Below, one piece after another: positions 1 to 13,849 of a stretch of DNA of 64,000 nt. The notes below the pieces were generated by a model. It saw nothing but the letters and a program-made list of their open reading frames with translations. It did no database searches and had not been told where the DNA came from. The DNA comes from Phoronis australis (lineage: Eukaryota; Animalia; Phoronida). A program made the position numbers and the translations under genes. Each line of letters begins with the position of its first letter. The first letter of the stretch is position 1. Where the stretch lies: assembly GCA_002633005.1 (NCBI GenBank), contig NMRA01000141.1, positions 607,609 through 671,608 of the forward strand, written 5' to 3'.

Positions 1-1164
1 CAATGAGATCATCAAGAACAAACCAGGATTTGGACAGTTATCAAGGTAAACCACTCCAGCACACAAAAAGACATTTCTTTTGAATTTGAACAAGTAAGTA
101 CAAAAAATGCCAAAAATAATTCCGGTTTCCAGTGCAAATATTAGACCATGGGCTCTGATCAAACCTCCGACCATGATGCACACTTAAGATGCATACAGAT
201 TAACAAGGCATTTAGCAAATATCCGTAATAGTTAGACCAGGAGGAAACGCACTACTCTTCACATGTCTTCTACCCCAGAATATTTACTTGAAAAATGCCA
301 TATTTTGCACTTTTCTAGTAAACCCAAATGTAAGCCAGTTCATGCTTTCCGAAACAAGAGGCCTCGTGAACGGAAAATTCGGCTTTGATATGGCATGAAA
401 AGCAACGTGTGGAATTAAAACTGCAGTAAATCCATCTTTTGTAAAAAAATAACTTCATTTACAGCACTTTGCATCATACAATTTGTTCCCCATTCAGAAG
501 TGATTTGGGGCAATCACTTACAGGGGACCCACGTTTTGAGAAAAACTTTTCTCCACTGAACAATGGGCATCAAACTGATTCCCAAAATCTGCAACTCCTG
601 TAATTGACCATTTCTGTGATCTCTGGACATAGGAAGAGCTGTGACATCGGTCTCATAATATTGCTCACTTTGATAGGATTCTATTTGACAATTTGAAAAC
701 GGCGCGTGTGCGCTACAGAAATTAGAATGCCATCACGGTAAAGGAATGTTATGAGTCTAATTTGCTGAAAGGAAAAGTGTGAATTCGATTTTCCTTTTTT
801 GGTCGGCTAAACAGAGTGTATGTGTGAGCACAAAGAAATGAAGACTTTAAGAAATACCAAAACCTGTCATGTGCGGATTTCAGCAGAAAACGACAAATTA
901 CAGCACATGGAGTGTTTGTAAGAAAATGTGGCAATAAAGAGAATGTGATCCGAAATCATATTTTGTAAAAAAATATGAAATTACAAAAAAAATGATAAAA
1001 TGTTATCGAACTCATTATATTCCCTGTTCTCAATTCTTTCCCAAAATATATACTTATGGTGCATTCGCCAATAAATGTTTCGATTAAGTATTTAGTTCGG
1101 TTTATTTTGACTTGCAACTAAGTCCCACGTAACCGTAACAAAACAAAAACAAATAAATACAAAC

Positions 1165-1268
1165 CATCTTCTAGCTTAGGCACGAACGTCTCCGGTTCTC
1201 TGTCCTCCTCCTTAATTTGCTTCTTTAGTTTACTTGCGTACCGTCCCTGCTGAAGTTTTTCATATGCC
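1165..1268 (-). CDS. MSL1: MSL1-like exon 5 (C-terminal part of PEHE region); gene continues beyond the left edge
   Basis: Acceptor tcttttcag, donor G|gtttgt; phase fits exon 4; encodes (R)AYEKLQQGRYASKLKKQIKEEDREPETFVPKLED, continuing the PEHE helix. Confidence 0.8.
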
Positions 1269-1958
1269 CTGAAAAGACATGACAACATTGTGGATAAGAA
1301 ATGTACATAACAACAATCACATAAAGAGCCTGTACGTGAATCAGTAAGGTCTGCTTGACTTATATTTAAAGTGCTTTTTAAATTAGCCTTCTGCTGCAAA
1401 AACAAATTTTTGATTTAGACCACATACCATTATCAAATTGGTCTCCAATAGTTCCACAGTCTAAATGGGTGTGGTTTTTGGGGTTGGAAAGAACGGACAG
1501 TACATTATTGCTTGTGACCAGCCTCTACAAGTTGACTTGTCATGGTGTGTTGTGGTTTCAAAGAATAACGAACTGCCAGTTCTTTGTAGGATCAAAAATC
1601 ACTTTTAGTGGTAAGTGGTCTAAATCCAAGTTTAGTTTCTTCAACGGAATGCTGATCTACTGCCATTTTAGCCGTAGATGTCATGCACTTGAACAAGAGC
1701 AACGTGTATATATGCTTATCGAGTGCACAGCATACAACACAGACAAAGGGGTTATCATTACTTTAAAAACTTTTGACAAGGAAGCAGTACAGATAAATTT
1801 AACATAAAAGCTTCTAGGGGGTGCAAGTCATGTCAGCAACGCTCTCTACATTAGTAAAACACCTTCCACCTTTCATCACTACTCCTCGTTTGACAGAACA
1901 AAGTCACTTAATAATAAAAGCCACTTGTTAATGAATGCTTTTATTTTTCTGTGCCTAC

Positions 1959-2112
1959 CTCTGTTCTCGTAGACGTTGCATGTCCCATCGTTTCCTCCGT
2001 ACTTCTTCTTTCTCTGGTTTTAAGTGTCTTTTAAGGAATATCTCATCTTCCAAGTTTTCAGTTCCCTCTAGCTGGTAACAGTTAGTGTAGGTGACCACTT
2101 TCCATGTGGGCA
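1959..2112 (-). CDS. MSL1: MSL1-like exon 4, PEHE domain core
   Basis: Acceptor ttacag, donor AG|gtaggc; encodes VPTWKVVTYTNCYQLEGTENLEDEIFLKRHLKPEKEEVRRKRWDMQRLREQR, matching the MSL1 PEHE pattern (VPSWR...ENLDD..F.KRH.K.E..E.RRKRWD.QR.REQR). Confidence 0.92.
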
Positions 2113-3046
2113 CTGTAATCAAAACGGACAATTCAGCGCCTCAATTTCACAATTAAATGCTTCAGAAGTCCTTTCTCTGACCAATAAACCACACATTGCC
2201 AGCTGTCTCCCTACAGACTACCCACCAGAGTTTTTATATACGGACATTTAGTAAACAGCCTGTAGCAGAGTTCTTTACTTAATAGCGTCACTGGATTCTG
2301 AACATAAATTGTAGATAAGTTTGAAAAGAAGGTGAAACCTGCACCCTCTTTCCGTAACAGCAATAAAATGATGTGGTCTTCATCCAGAAATCAAATCTAG
2401 CACAACCTCCTAAGGGGTAAAATGCCACTGGTTGTGCTTGTAGGTTTTGAACAAGAAGCGCAAAAATGTTTGTAACTATTTGTTTTAAGAGTAGTATTTT
2501 AAACCAGTGAAAAACTTACAGATTCTTGGATAGGCTTCACGTTTCACAAGTTAGAATCAAAGAACAAGTGTGTGAGATAAAAAATGAAAGTTTTCAGAAT
2601 GTTTTCATTATGCATTCAGACTGCAATTTGAAATTTCACTTTTTCAAGAAATACTTAGAATACAGAATTCTTTGCTGTTTTGAGAAATCCACATAATTTG
2701 TGACATTACAGTAAAGACTTTCAAATTCAGAGTGATATAGTGTCATATTTTTTATTTCAAACTTCAGGTAAGGCCTCAATTTTAGAAAATAAAAAACTCA
2801 CGTGGGTATACTACCAATACACACCAGTCAAGTTACATGTGTAAACCCTGAACCCCATACACCAAGGACTGTCGTTATCTCGTTGAAGTTTGAAAGTTTT
2901 AAGCGATAGTCATGCGATAAGTTGATTTTCAAGTTGAATCTCGTGTAAATTTTGGCTATCAGACCCTCCTTCCAGAGATTACACTCCATTTACATAAAAG
3001 TTCTGCTGTCAAGATTCGTTCAAACACAGTTAACAAATTGACGTAC

Positions 3047-3462
3047 CTTCTACCTTTTCTTTGATAAACTTTTTAGACCTGAGTTCCGGCTTACTACTAC
3101 ATCCAGTGGGTGAATAATAACTAAAGTCTGTTCGAAGCACAGCCTCCTCTGATTCGCCACTTTTACCACGATCGGTTCGTGCGTTGTTGTTTGTGTTTTT
3201 TTCCTCAGGAGACAAATGTCTAAATCGGGATGATCTCGGTGCGTGGACCACTATGACCTCTTCTTGAGCTGGGCTTTTACCACCGACATGCTTCGTTGGC
3301 GTTTTTGCTTTACTGCCACGACTGTTTTTGAGGACATCGCCTTTGGTATGTTTAGATTGTGTCGAACGGGATGAATTAGCAGAATCCACAGAATCACGCC
3401 TCTCACGTGTGGTGCAAGATGCAAATTTCTTGGTGAGGTTCTGAGGTTCAAAAGACGATTTT
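3047..3462 (-). CDS. MSL1: MSL1-like exon 3, low-complexity Ser/Lys/Arg-rich linker
   Basis: Acceptor ttttttcag, donor G|gtacgt; open frame coincides with ORF 3030..3389; phase-compatible with exons 2 and 4. Confidence 0.85.
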
Positions 3463-4031
3463 CTGAAAAAAAACGGGTATTACCAGGTTCATTCAGGAAC
3501 TGTTGTAACCTGTTTTAAGGTCAAATTGTCTAGATTTAAAAGTAATATGCTTTTGAGGAGAACAAAGGCTGAAACTGTAAAAATGGGCATTCACAGGGAA
3601 TGACAAATCACAAGCATTCGCAATTACTGCAATGACGAAGTACAGTAAGGAACGTATATCAACAAAAACACTTCATCGATTGATTATAGGGTTTTCTCAC
3701 ATGAAATCCTGAACAAACTTACTTGGCAAATACCAGCCTCAACATGATGGCATGACTTTAAAATATTAATTTACAATCTGTGCACCTCACTCTGAAAGTT
3801 TCATAACAATCCATAAACAAGTAACAATTCATCGAGTTTTAGTGATTGCACCCCAAATTTTATTTGCTGCTGAGAAGACGATGTCGAACACTTAACAAGA
3901 AGTAAATTGTAAACCTTTACCACCACAGTACAGTTTCTGAAATTGCACAGGTTTGCACCCTCCATCAACTTTTACAATCAGTGCAGTCAGTAAAACAACA
4001 CCAGGTGAGTTTACATTTACACACTTAGTAC

Positions 4032-4168
4032 CTTTTTCCCTTCTCTTGTGTTGCAGGCTGAACAACAGGAAGTGCTGGTGAGATCTGCTTTGTTAGGTTT
4101 TCTTGAACCTCCTGATGCTGTCGGAGCAGGGACATCCGCCTTTCCATCCGTTCGAGGCGACATTTTAA
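4032..4168 (-). CDS. MSL1: MSL1-like exon 2, end of the N-terminal coiled coil
   Basis: Acceptor ttgcag, donor AG|gtacta; encodes LKCRLERMERRMSLLRQHQEVQ..., matching the MSL1 coiled-coil motif R.ERMERRM. Confidence 0.9.
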
Positions 4169-4405
4169 CTGCAACAAATACACAAATTCTGAACCTGGAG
4201 TCATAAATTCTAAATGTCAAACAACTGACTACAACAGGATGAATAAAGCATTGTCTAGTTGACATCAAGAGAACATGATTTCATTAACATCCACTACAAA
4301 TGGATTTTTCTTGAAGATTTTGTATTTGCAAACAAGGCCTACTTTATCAAACTGGTCTTGGCATAGCCACATTACTGTGCAAGCCAAAAGAAACAGACAA
4401 AATAC

Positions 4406-4462
4406 CAGCTTCGCATCACGATGGACAATTCCGTTTCTGATTTTTTTTCCGGTTCGTTCCAC
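4406..4462 (-). CDS. Candidate 57-nt cassette exon in MSL1 intron 1
   Basis: Acceptor catttacag, donor CTG|gtattt, phase 0/0, open frame VERTGKKIRNGIVHRDAKL; no homology support. Confidence 0.25.
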
Positions 4463-7400
4463 CTGTAAATGATGGCTAATTACAAGTCATGATGCGTCAT
4501 ACAGGCTGTAATTGTTTCTTACAGTTTTACGATGCTGCAACAATACTCCATTATGAAGAGTAACCACAGTACATCAGCAACTTGATTTTCACAAAAAGTC
4601 ATAAAGATTTCACTATACCTTCCAAGGTTTTCATATTTTTTCGATAGCACTTAACAGATATTGTCTACGGTTATGTATGTCCTTATCGACAGGTCTGTAT
4701 TAAGTCAAATATTTATAAAACTCAGTAAAAATATCCTGGAAGTCAAAGACCTGTAAAATTTGATTTTTGACTTTTTGTAATCTGCCATTAATTCAGTCAC
4801 GTGACTATGTCTTTCTCGCAAAAAGTAAGGTACATTGATAGCGAAACAATAGTACAAACAGTGTGACCAAATTCCATTCAACATTAATGTTCAAGATAAT
4901 ATTTCAAGAACACTTTAAGTTTTCCACGTAATTCCTTCATTTTATATCCCAATTTTTAAGTTTTTCATGAAAATAAAAAATAAAAGTTCTATCTTACGAT
5001 AACCTGTAATACAAAAGAGGATCATTTAAAAGCATTTTGCTCAACAGTGTGTAAAGCGACCTGAAAGTTTCATATGAATCTTATCAGCCCCTTCTGAGAC
5101 ATGATGCTGTGAAGTTAAGCCAAATTTCACAATCATATTCTAGGGTCCTACATGACTTTAACCTTGCTATAAGATCGGCGTCCGTGTGCAACTCAGATTA
5201 CAAAATCGCTATCACAAACTAAACGGTAACCAATACACGTAAGGTTTTAACGTTTGTCCAAAGAGATGAAGACTGTTCCCATGAATCTGGTTGTGAAATT
5301 TGCAAGCATGACCACCTGACCCTAAACAATTCACCCAGTCTAGTAAAAGCCTTATCCAAGCCTGGCTTCTTTGAACTGGTGCCTCTTTGAACATGACAGT
5401 TGTCTCATTGGCTTTCATAATTAAAATAGGGACAACGATGTCACACTACAACGAATTCAAGACACAATATAAGGAATATCAATGTAATTTTTCATATAGT
5501 CAATGTAGAATACAAGTACATGTATCAGATTTAGTCCGATGCAACTTTCGATAGAAACAGTGACCCCCACATATAGTAGAGTGTCAATGGGTTACCTACT
5601 GGAACTAATATTACAACTATATTGGTCATCTGCGTTGGTAGTGCGTTGCATGTCATATCACCAGGTTTGTTTACGGTTGATTAAGACTGGATTTATAAGA
5701 ATAGTGACTCGGAGCTCATCGCTTCATTAGCTATCGGGTGAATTAGCTGTCATTCCCCTCATGACGGACGGCCTACAATGGCAGTCAATTGCGCTAATGT
5801 TCAACCATCATAGCGTGGAATTCCGCTTGTGCTCAACCATCATGACACGGAATAACCGGTCACTTTCTCTGCTTTCTTTTTGTTTGTATTGTATTTCAAA
5901 CGCAACACTGCATATTTTGTGAAGAGCAAAAACTTTTCAATTTCATTTTTGTTAATTCACAGAGACAACTACAGCTAACACAAAAAATTCCCCCCTTCTT
6001 GTCCAAAGAAAAGTACAAATTAAAATCAAAGTTATGATACAGCCGTTGGAGCGAAGAGACCTGTTAAATGAGATCTTTGATAAAATAGGTTACAGGTGAG
6101 CCACCAAACAGGTTCCCAGCCCTTGAATACCCTTCTATTAGGTAACACATTTGGCTTAAGTCTATCTACTCTAAAAGGAACAAGTGAAAAGGAGAACTTC
6201 ACTGGGGTAAGACTAGATTATGCAATAGTTACTACAGGGTCTCTCATAGGCCAGCAAATTGCTTGGTGAATATTACAATAAGCAGCTAGTGGAAATTAAT
6301 TATTATATTTCATACAAATCCCTCTCCCCTTCTCTTTTCTCTCCACCACAGATGGAGAACTACATACTCAGCTATCAGCCTCAAGTTAATGACTGCTGAG
6401 ATGACAACTCATGTAAGGTGTGAAAATACAATAACAATATGACATACTAGCCACTAATTCATTCAATTGTTCTTGCCTTGATTGAGCTGTCAAGGCAATC
6501 ATTAACTGGAGGCAGACAGCTGACCTTGTAGCTCTCCATCTGCGGTGGCCTTTAATTTTACAAGTAACACCCAATGGACCTAATCACTTGTTTCTAAACA
6601 CTGAAAATTGGGAATATTCTAGGTTCATTTAATAATATTAAAATGATTAACAAAAATATTGTGAATGAATGGGTTTTTCACCGCTTCCTGGTAACGATGC
6701 GCCATGTAATTTTACTTACAAGAAAGCATGTTGTTCGTAATGTCAAATCTTTCCACCCTCACTCTAAGGGTATTTGACGACTGATGTGAGAAATGCAGTC
6801 GGTGAACAAGACCATTAGTGAGGTGGAAATGCATAACATTCTCAACAACAGGAATTCTAGAAGTACAAGTACAGTTACCTCGTGTGCATAAAATGCTGAG
6901 CAAGGACGAAGCTGTCATGCTATTGTAAGTAACATAAAACAACCTGATATTTGAAGATTGCTGAACGACTGAGTGCACATCAAACAATCCCTGAACTTTA
7001 GATCACTGAGTTGAATACAGCACAGCAATTGTGATTTTAAATAAAACTAGGTCAATAACTGATGAACTATCACAAGAGTACAAACAGCATCAAGTTCAGA
7101 GATATTATAACATGTCAACCCATTTAGCTGTAGTAAAATGCCAGAGGATATCTGATATTCACAAGTTCAATAAAATTAAGAGAGGTTTATTTTAAACAGA
7201 CATCCCTCTAACTGTCAGATAATATGTACCCCAAAGTGATCAGAGGAAATTTAAACAAAAGAGCAGGTGCCAGCCTTTTAACGGTCACTTCTAGCTAAAT
7301 AGGTCAGATCAATATTGAACTAAATATACGACAAAGCCAAGGCAGGACCTATCACATAGGAAGACAGTTCTCTTTGTCAGAAACCGTAATTAGTATTTTA

Positions 7401-8506
7401 CGGTAAATCTAAGAATCTGCTCTACCCAGACACGCAAAAATACCAATAGAATGACACTGCGGACTCCAATATCACGCAAATGTGAAACTTACCATGAGCT
7501 CTTAAAAGCAGGTTTTGAATTTTACAAGAGCTGGAAGTGGTAAGCTACAGGAGACCCTTTGTCACATCAAACTACGTCTTACAACATCCACGCCAGTCCT
7601 CAGATTTTGATTTAACAGACTGGAGAAGTGTGGAGATGAGCAACTTTTGTCAAAACCATGCACTAAATGAACCATCATCCATGAGGTTCTACAATGTTTA
7701 TTATGTAAAATGACGTTTTATTCGGATGTGTAAAAGTTTGTGAGAACTACCCGTGTGTGACAGCGACATATGCATGGACTACATTGACGAAAAAAGTTCT
7801 TATATTCGTAGTACGCCATATGACAAATAAATAGTGTTGAATTCAGAAAATATACAATATATTATCAAGGAAACGTTACAATTTCTCCATTAATGTTATT
7901 GAAAAAATGGGCAATATTTTTGGTCACAAATTTTGAGAATGTGATCACAACTAATTCAGAGGAAAATAAACAGGTTACCGAAATTGAGGACCATCAAAAG
8001 AGAATATCATCAGAAAATAAGCAAATAAGCATAAAGTTAAAACAATTGTGTTCAATGGTTAGTGAGTAGACCTACAACTGTGAATCTCAAAGTTTGAGTC
8101 ACAACAGAGGAACACAATACATGACGAAACTAATCATGAAACCACCTTTACAAGATTTAGAGGAGCAAAAAAGAAATACGTAACATCCGTAAAGGGGTTC
8201 AAGGTTTCGAGACTTGCTGCTTTTCATTTCAAGACATTCGATTCATCATCATAAATTTATCTCCCAAATAATCAATCCTCACTGACTGTGAAATTGGGAA
8301 TGCATGATCAAATCTGGGGTCGCAATTCAACTAATCTATCAGAGAAACCTTTTGCAATGTAGCGTGAGGTTAAAATTGGATACTAGTAGACACTGCGGAT
8401 AAAATCGTATGTCTGTATCTGTGAGCAGACTTGGCTGTAGCCATTTAAAAATGGCTTTGCCACGTCCATCAAAGAAACAAAATGGAAGAAGGAACTAGAT
8501 TCTTAC

Positions 8507-8575
8507 CGGGTACCAGTCGCTTCCCTTTACTCGTCTGGTAAATCTGACAGCTGTTGGAATCAAAACCTCGGCCAT
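8507..8575 (-). CDS. Candidate alternative first coding exon of the MSL1-like gene
   Basis: agcATGG Kozak context, 23 codons MAEVLIPTAVRFTRRVKGSDWYP, strong donor CCG|gtaaga, phase 0 as required by exon 2; no homology support. Confidence 0.35.
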
Positions 8576-10946
8576 GCTTGCTAAAGTTTTTCTAAATTTG
8601 AACAAAGACTTGAGCAGTTCAGAGTGAGCATGCCTCACACCAACGCTCATTGTATGACAAACCGGTGCGTAAAATATAGGTCAAGTAAACGTCACAACTG
8701 AACGCAGACAATAACACACTCAGGTTGTTGAGATTAATAATTAATGAAACGGATGCTGTTTGTTGCGAATCTGTGGTCGAAATTGGTTTTAGCAACGAAC
8801 TCAGTTTACTACATGTCGTCACTGCGAGTGAAATAACGTGATGAAGCCTGCAATTGGTGGCATTTCCCCTCTCACCCCCTCTTAAATCCGCCTGTGAGTC
8901 AAACTGTCGAAAAAATATGCAAAATTTTGCAAAATGTGAACAAAAGAAAATGCAGTAGCCTAAGCAAAAGTTGCTTTTATGCTTTGTCAATGGTAAAACC
9001 GGACATAAAACAAAACTACCAAAGCACCATAAATAAAATTAAATGTACTCTAGTTGTAAAATATATATTTTTTATTAACTTCAGAAATCCAATAGGTACA
9101 TAAATGCTAAACACGCGCATATTGCTTACGAATGACTAATCCATGTTTTAAAAATATCAAAATTTCAAAACCCAGTGGTAACAATAGATTTCACAGACAA
9201 AAACTAGGAGCAAACTATTTCAATTTACAAATGCTCAATGAATCAGTTACCGGAGTTTATGGTCAAGTTTTCAACAGAGCATTTCTGTGTCTAATAACTT
9301 CAGCCAGCTCAGTAAAGAATTTGCCTCAGCCCAAACATGCTCCAAACAAATCTGCAGACTGCATGGTTTGACTACCTTGATATCATTTTTTATCTTTTAC
9401 CTCTTCCAACAGAGTTTGGAAATCTGTAATTGGTAACAGTTGTATATCTAACAGCAAAAATTCCACAAGTTTGCCTTCTAAATTTTGATTAAATTTCCAG
9501 TCCACTTTCTTCTAATTTAGAGATCTCATCCTGATTAATATCCAAGTTGTCCTCACATCAAGTTATAATTTGCAAATTCTGTGAAGGACTGCTGTACAAC
9601 TTCAGAGAACAGTATTTGGTTGAAAGCCAGCCAGGTCACCCCATGGACTTCTCTCTCCGCTAGTAATAATGTTGTGTATGTCCATGCTCCACCAGCCTTA
9701 ACCTCGCTGTGACCACACAGTTGACTAAGGTTTACACTAGTGCTGCGGTCTTACCACGAACTAACGGACACCTGTGTAGTAAGCGAGTTAGAGGTTCTGT
9801 CACTCACTAGCAACGTTTACATGCTAATTTTAATAAGAACTAACAAACTAAGAATTATCAGTGGCAGACTTGAGGGGGGGGGGCAAGAGGTTATTACTAT
9901 ACAGTAAAATTTCACCAATTTCAGACAAAAGTAATTGCCAAAACTGGCCTTCTTTCATTTTTCAAAACCTTGCAACATTATTGTGAATGCCCAGTTGTCC
10001 AATGGTGGAAACGGTCATACAAGTTACGACTGCAGGTGAAGCCTTTATTTTGTGCTACTTAGCTTTCACAAAGAAATCAGAAAATAAAATTTCCCTCATT
10101 TACCGTATTGGGTACTCAATTCATGAGATTTTACCACAACAGAGAGGTGCTGCACAATGCAGTTCAGTTGATGAGGTGACCATACCGTACCAACTCAAGT
10201 CACAGGCAATGCAAGCAACTCAAGTTATGTACTCACCGCTTGTGACTGAGTTATTTCCGAAAAACATCCCAATTTTGAAAACCCATGTTTAATCGGTACC
10301 AAAGTTTCAGACAGGAATGGTAGGATCATGTGAAACTGCTCAAATGACCTTTTTCCATATTGTGACATACGTTGATCAACTTGCTACCTCAGAGAGCAAT
10401 GCTGACATGATTGGCTAGCAATGCATTGACCAATAGTTTAGCAACCACTGACATTCTGTAATCTTCCCATACCACATAAGATTTTCTTTAAAGCAAAACA
10501 TATCGGTAGGGCACAATTAACTATTTATAAAGTTATTTTATCCTATCGTTGTTGAAAAACTGAGTTTGCAACACACATCTTGGTTACCCTTTTCACCTCA
10601 TATTTACAACAAAAGAGATATACTGTGTGAATGGATGAATAAGCGCTGAATATACCATGTTCAGACCTCATTAACTCAATTTTAAGTGGTGTGGATCACT
10701 AGGATTAATGACAGGGCTTTGCATTGATATTTCTCCAAGTGCAAAATTGACTGTTCGCAAATCAGACGAGGCAAAAATTAATCAAGTAGCCTTGTGCAAA
10801 ATAAGTGAGGGGCGAAAGATTATTTTTCAAAAAAAATTTGGATGCGCAAATTGAGGCGAGTGTGAAAAATAAGTGGAGAATAGCACAGGTAACTATTTCC
10901 ATATGTATTGTTTAGTACACTTTATTTCATTAATTATACATATATA

Positions 10947-10948
<2 letters not shown>

Positions 10949-10987
<39 letters not shown>

Positions 10988-10997
10988 GCGTGTGTGT
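10949..10997. repeat. (GT)n microsatellite
   Basis: Run of tg dinucleotides with a few gc interruptions. Confidence 0.95.
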
Positions 10998-12067
10998 ATT
11001 GCCTGACGTGACCTACGCCATTTTCAGCCACAGGTGATGTACAGCCCATGCTCACCCTTGTGCTGTTTAAGGTACCTAGAAAAATGTCCAAATTTAGCTG
11101 TCTTCGGAACAATATATCTCATACAGGACTGATTCTGTTTATATGAAAAAAGATACCATGCTTTACACACTATTCTCCAAAACACAGTTAGGAATTATTA
11201 AATGTTCCAATTTTACACACGGGAATATCAAAAATGAAACATTTATGAAAAAAATCTAAATTTGCATAAAATGCATTTTTGAGATTTTATCTTGAGCATT
11301 CATAGCAAACGTAATTTGGTAATGTTCTTGATACCATTGCTTCCTCTGAACGCACCTTTCTTTTGTGCTAATATTCACTAAAAACACATGATCACATGAA
11401 CCAACTTGGAGATTGGTATGAAGTCAAAAATAAAAATTCTACATGCAGGCTTTCAACTTTCAGAATATAATTTTACAGAGTTGAAATCTGTAGCTTTTAG
11501 ACTCGGCTGAATACAACCTCCTGCATAATCTTAATAAGGTAAAGATACTGACTACATTACATTTGTTGGAGTATTTCAATAGTAAATTCTGGACATTTTT
11601 CCTTGTGTGAAACCATCGAGTCCACGCAAGTCCCTGTATCTTGAATCCATCTATTTCGTTTTCCAGCACACGAACCAATCAAATGTCTTCATCGGCTGAC
11701 CCCGGGTGACCCCGCAAGCTCGCGTGCATTCACAGAAAACCCGGAAGTTTACTGTGAGAATTGTATCTTTCAGTAATTAACATTCGAATTAAGTAAGAAT
11801 TCAAACTGTTCAACACAGGTACAAAGTGTGTTAAACAGGTATTGTCACTCAGCGTGTCCTCGTTAACTAAGCACGGTCGAAAGAAGCAACCTACTTCAAG
11901 ATCAACTCAAGAAACACACGCTTACGACAATGACATAATGAAGAACGGCCATTTTGAATAACGAGTGGGATTTAAAATGAACCCACGCACAAGACAACGC
12001 ATTTGAATTAAATGATGGGGAAACCATAGTACTTGTTACAACAGTATTGGGCGTTTTATATACATAC

Positions 12068-12337
12068 CGCCTCCTTTTCAGATTTCAATGTCTTGATCTG
12101 TTTGTCCTGTTTTTGAATGAGCTCGTACTGCTTCTGAATAACATCCAAATTCAATAACGACATTTCTCTTAAGTATTTCACTTCTTTGCCAGTTACGTCT
12201 TGCGACGACAAATCATGAGCTATTTGCTCATGTTGAAATCCTTTAGTAGAACCATCGAGGAGTTCACACGACGTGTCTGAATCAACCCGATCATTGCTGA
12301 TATTGATGCCGTTGATAGTTCTGTGGTGGTCCGTCAT
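12068..12337 (-). CDS. MSL1: MSL1-like exon 1 (MSL1 dimerisation / MSL2-binding coiled coil)
   Basis: ATG at 12337, donor GCG|gtatgt, phase 0; encodes ...EVKYLREMSLLNLDVIQKQYELIQKQDKQIKTLKSEKEA, resembling the MSL1 dimer helix (LKQILLLQLDLIEQQ...LKSE). Confidence 0.88.
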
Positions 12338-12439
12338 TTTCAATTCACACACAATCTCCGATTGAATCTGTATATATCGGCTATTACTGAAGTTGACCTA
12401 ATTCTCTGTGGACTTCTTTCCCGCAGTTAGTGTAACCAT

Positions 12440-12772
12440 AGAAGACTACTATCAATTTGAGTGGTGCAACCGCCAAGAATTCGCTTTGAAACCAAAATAA
12501 CACTCCGTTCTCATTGGACTGCCGAAGAACACACCAGTTCCTTGCGGTCATGAGTCAATGGCCATTGTGTGAGTGGGATTAGCAAATGAACTCCTTCCCA
12601 ACGCCCTGTGGTCTGCGCGCCGTGGCCGGGCGCCCAAACGTCGCCCGATCACGGAACCGGGCGCCCTTTTAAAGGCTCTTCGTCATTGAGCCGTGAGTCT
12701 GCTATAATGGATAAAGGAAAATGTGAAAACGCGAAGTGATATTCGGGTCTTGCAAGGAACTGACAGGTGAGT
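12440..12772. promoter_or_regulatory. CpG-rich promoter of the MSL1-like gene, possibly bidirectional with a non-coding first exon of Ral
   Basis: Locally GC/CpG-rich (ctgcgcgccgtggccgggcgccc) upstream of the MSL1 ATG; consensus plus-strand donor cag|gtgagt at 12767. Confidence 0.5.
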
Positions 12773-13849
12773 TGGGCCGTTGCCGAGACGTACCAGCAAT
12801 GACTATATTTATTGATCGATGCCGGTGAGGAGTCCAGTCAATTCTTAGCTCATATGGTAGGTGACGATTTTTTTATTATCCTATTGATTAATTTAGTACA
12901 GCAACATTTTAATGTCAAACACACAAAAAATCGCGATTAAAAGTCGTAATAACGACATTTTTTTCTCGTATTGTGTTTGGCACTAGAATGCTGCCGTAAT
13001 GATCAGTTTAATATTTTTATCGCAGATCACAGGAGCGTATTCCCCACATTTCCCGGTTCAATGACAATCTAAAAGTAGCAACTGGCCTCGGTGAAAGGCT
13101 GGTGAAGGAAACTTAATGAAATAATAAATTCGCAACTAATAGCAATTATTCTGATTCGTCCACCAGATTGGTTGAAAACGTTTCATTTGAAGCCCTTTAT
13201 CGGACTCGAAGTTTAAAATTCATTTGTTTCAGATCCTGTCTCGATTGACTGGCACATATACTTCGTTCAGTCTCAAAAAGCACTGTGATCTAAACGGACG
13301 CTTTCCAAATGCTCTAAATATTTCACTACTGAAATGGGAATTATCAATAACGGAAGCATTTTGCTTGGCGGTAACATTCGTCTCTGCGCCCCCGTAGTCT
13401 TGATTAGTTGACATCACCAGTGTGTTCCGACACAAACCGAACCCAAATTTCGTTCGTCACCTTGCTTTGGTCAAGTGGTCAATCATGGAAGAAAAAGCGA
13501 AATCAGCAACAACCTCTCTGTACTGGAATGTCGGCATCAAATATACCGTCTTCGGAAATACACAATTTATTTTTTGAAAGTATGCTTTAGTTATGGGGTA
13601 GGGATCGTCTGCCTCAAGCGCACGTTTTCGGGACGCTTTTGAAAACTGTGATAATAATGGACTATTCCTGAGCAGATTTTAATCAGTTTTACATAGCGCC
13701 AGGTTATAGTATCAAAGTTTTAAACACTTACACGTTTTCTTTGCTTTCTTGTTGGTCACGATAAAGCCCATATCATTTCGTGCACTCTGGACAAATTGCA
13801 GCCAAACATACAGTTAGATGTATGGGTGACGCACCATAGGGGGCTGGGG

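Noticed and set aside
11066-11950. Possible TTAA-flanked transposon in MSL1 intron 1
   Set aside because: A left end (ttaaggtacc) looks plausible, but I could not find a matching right terminus
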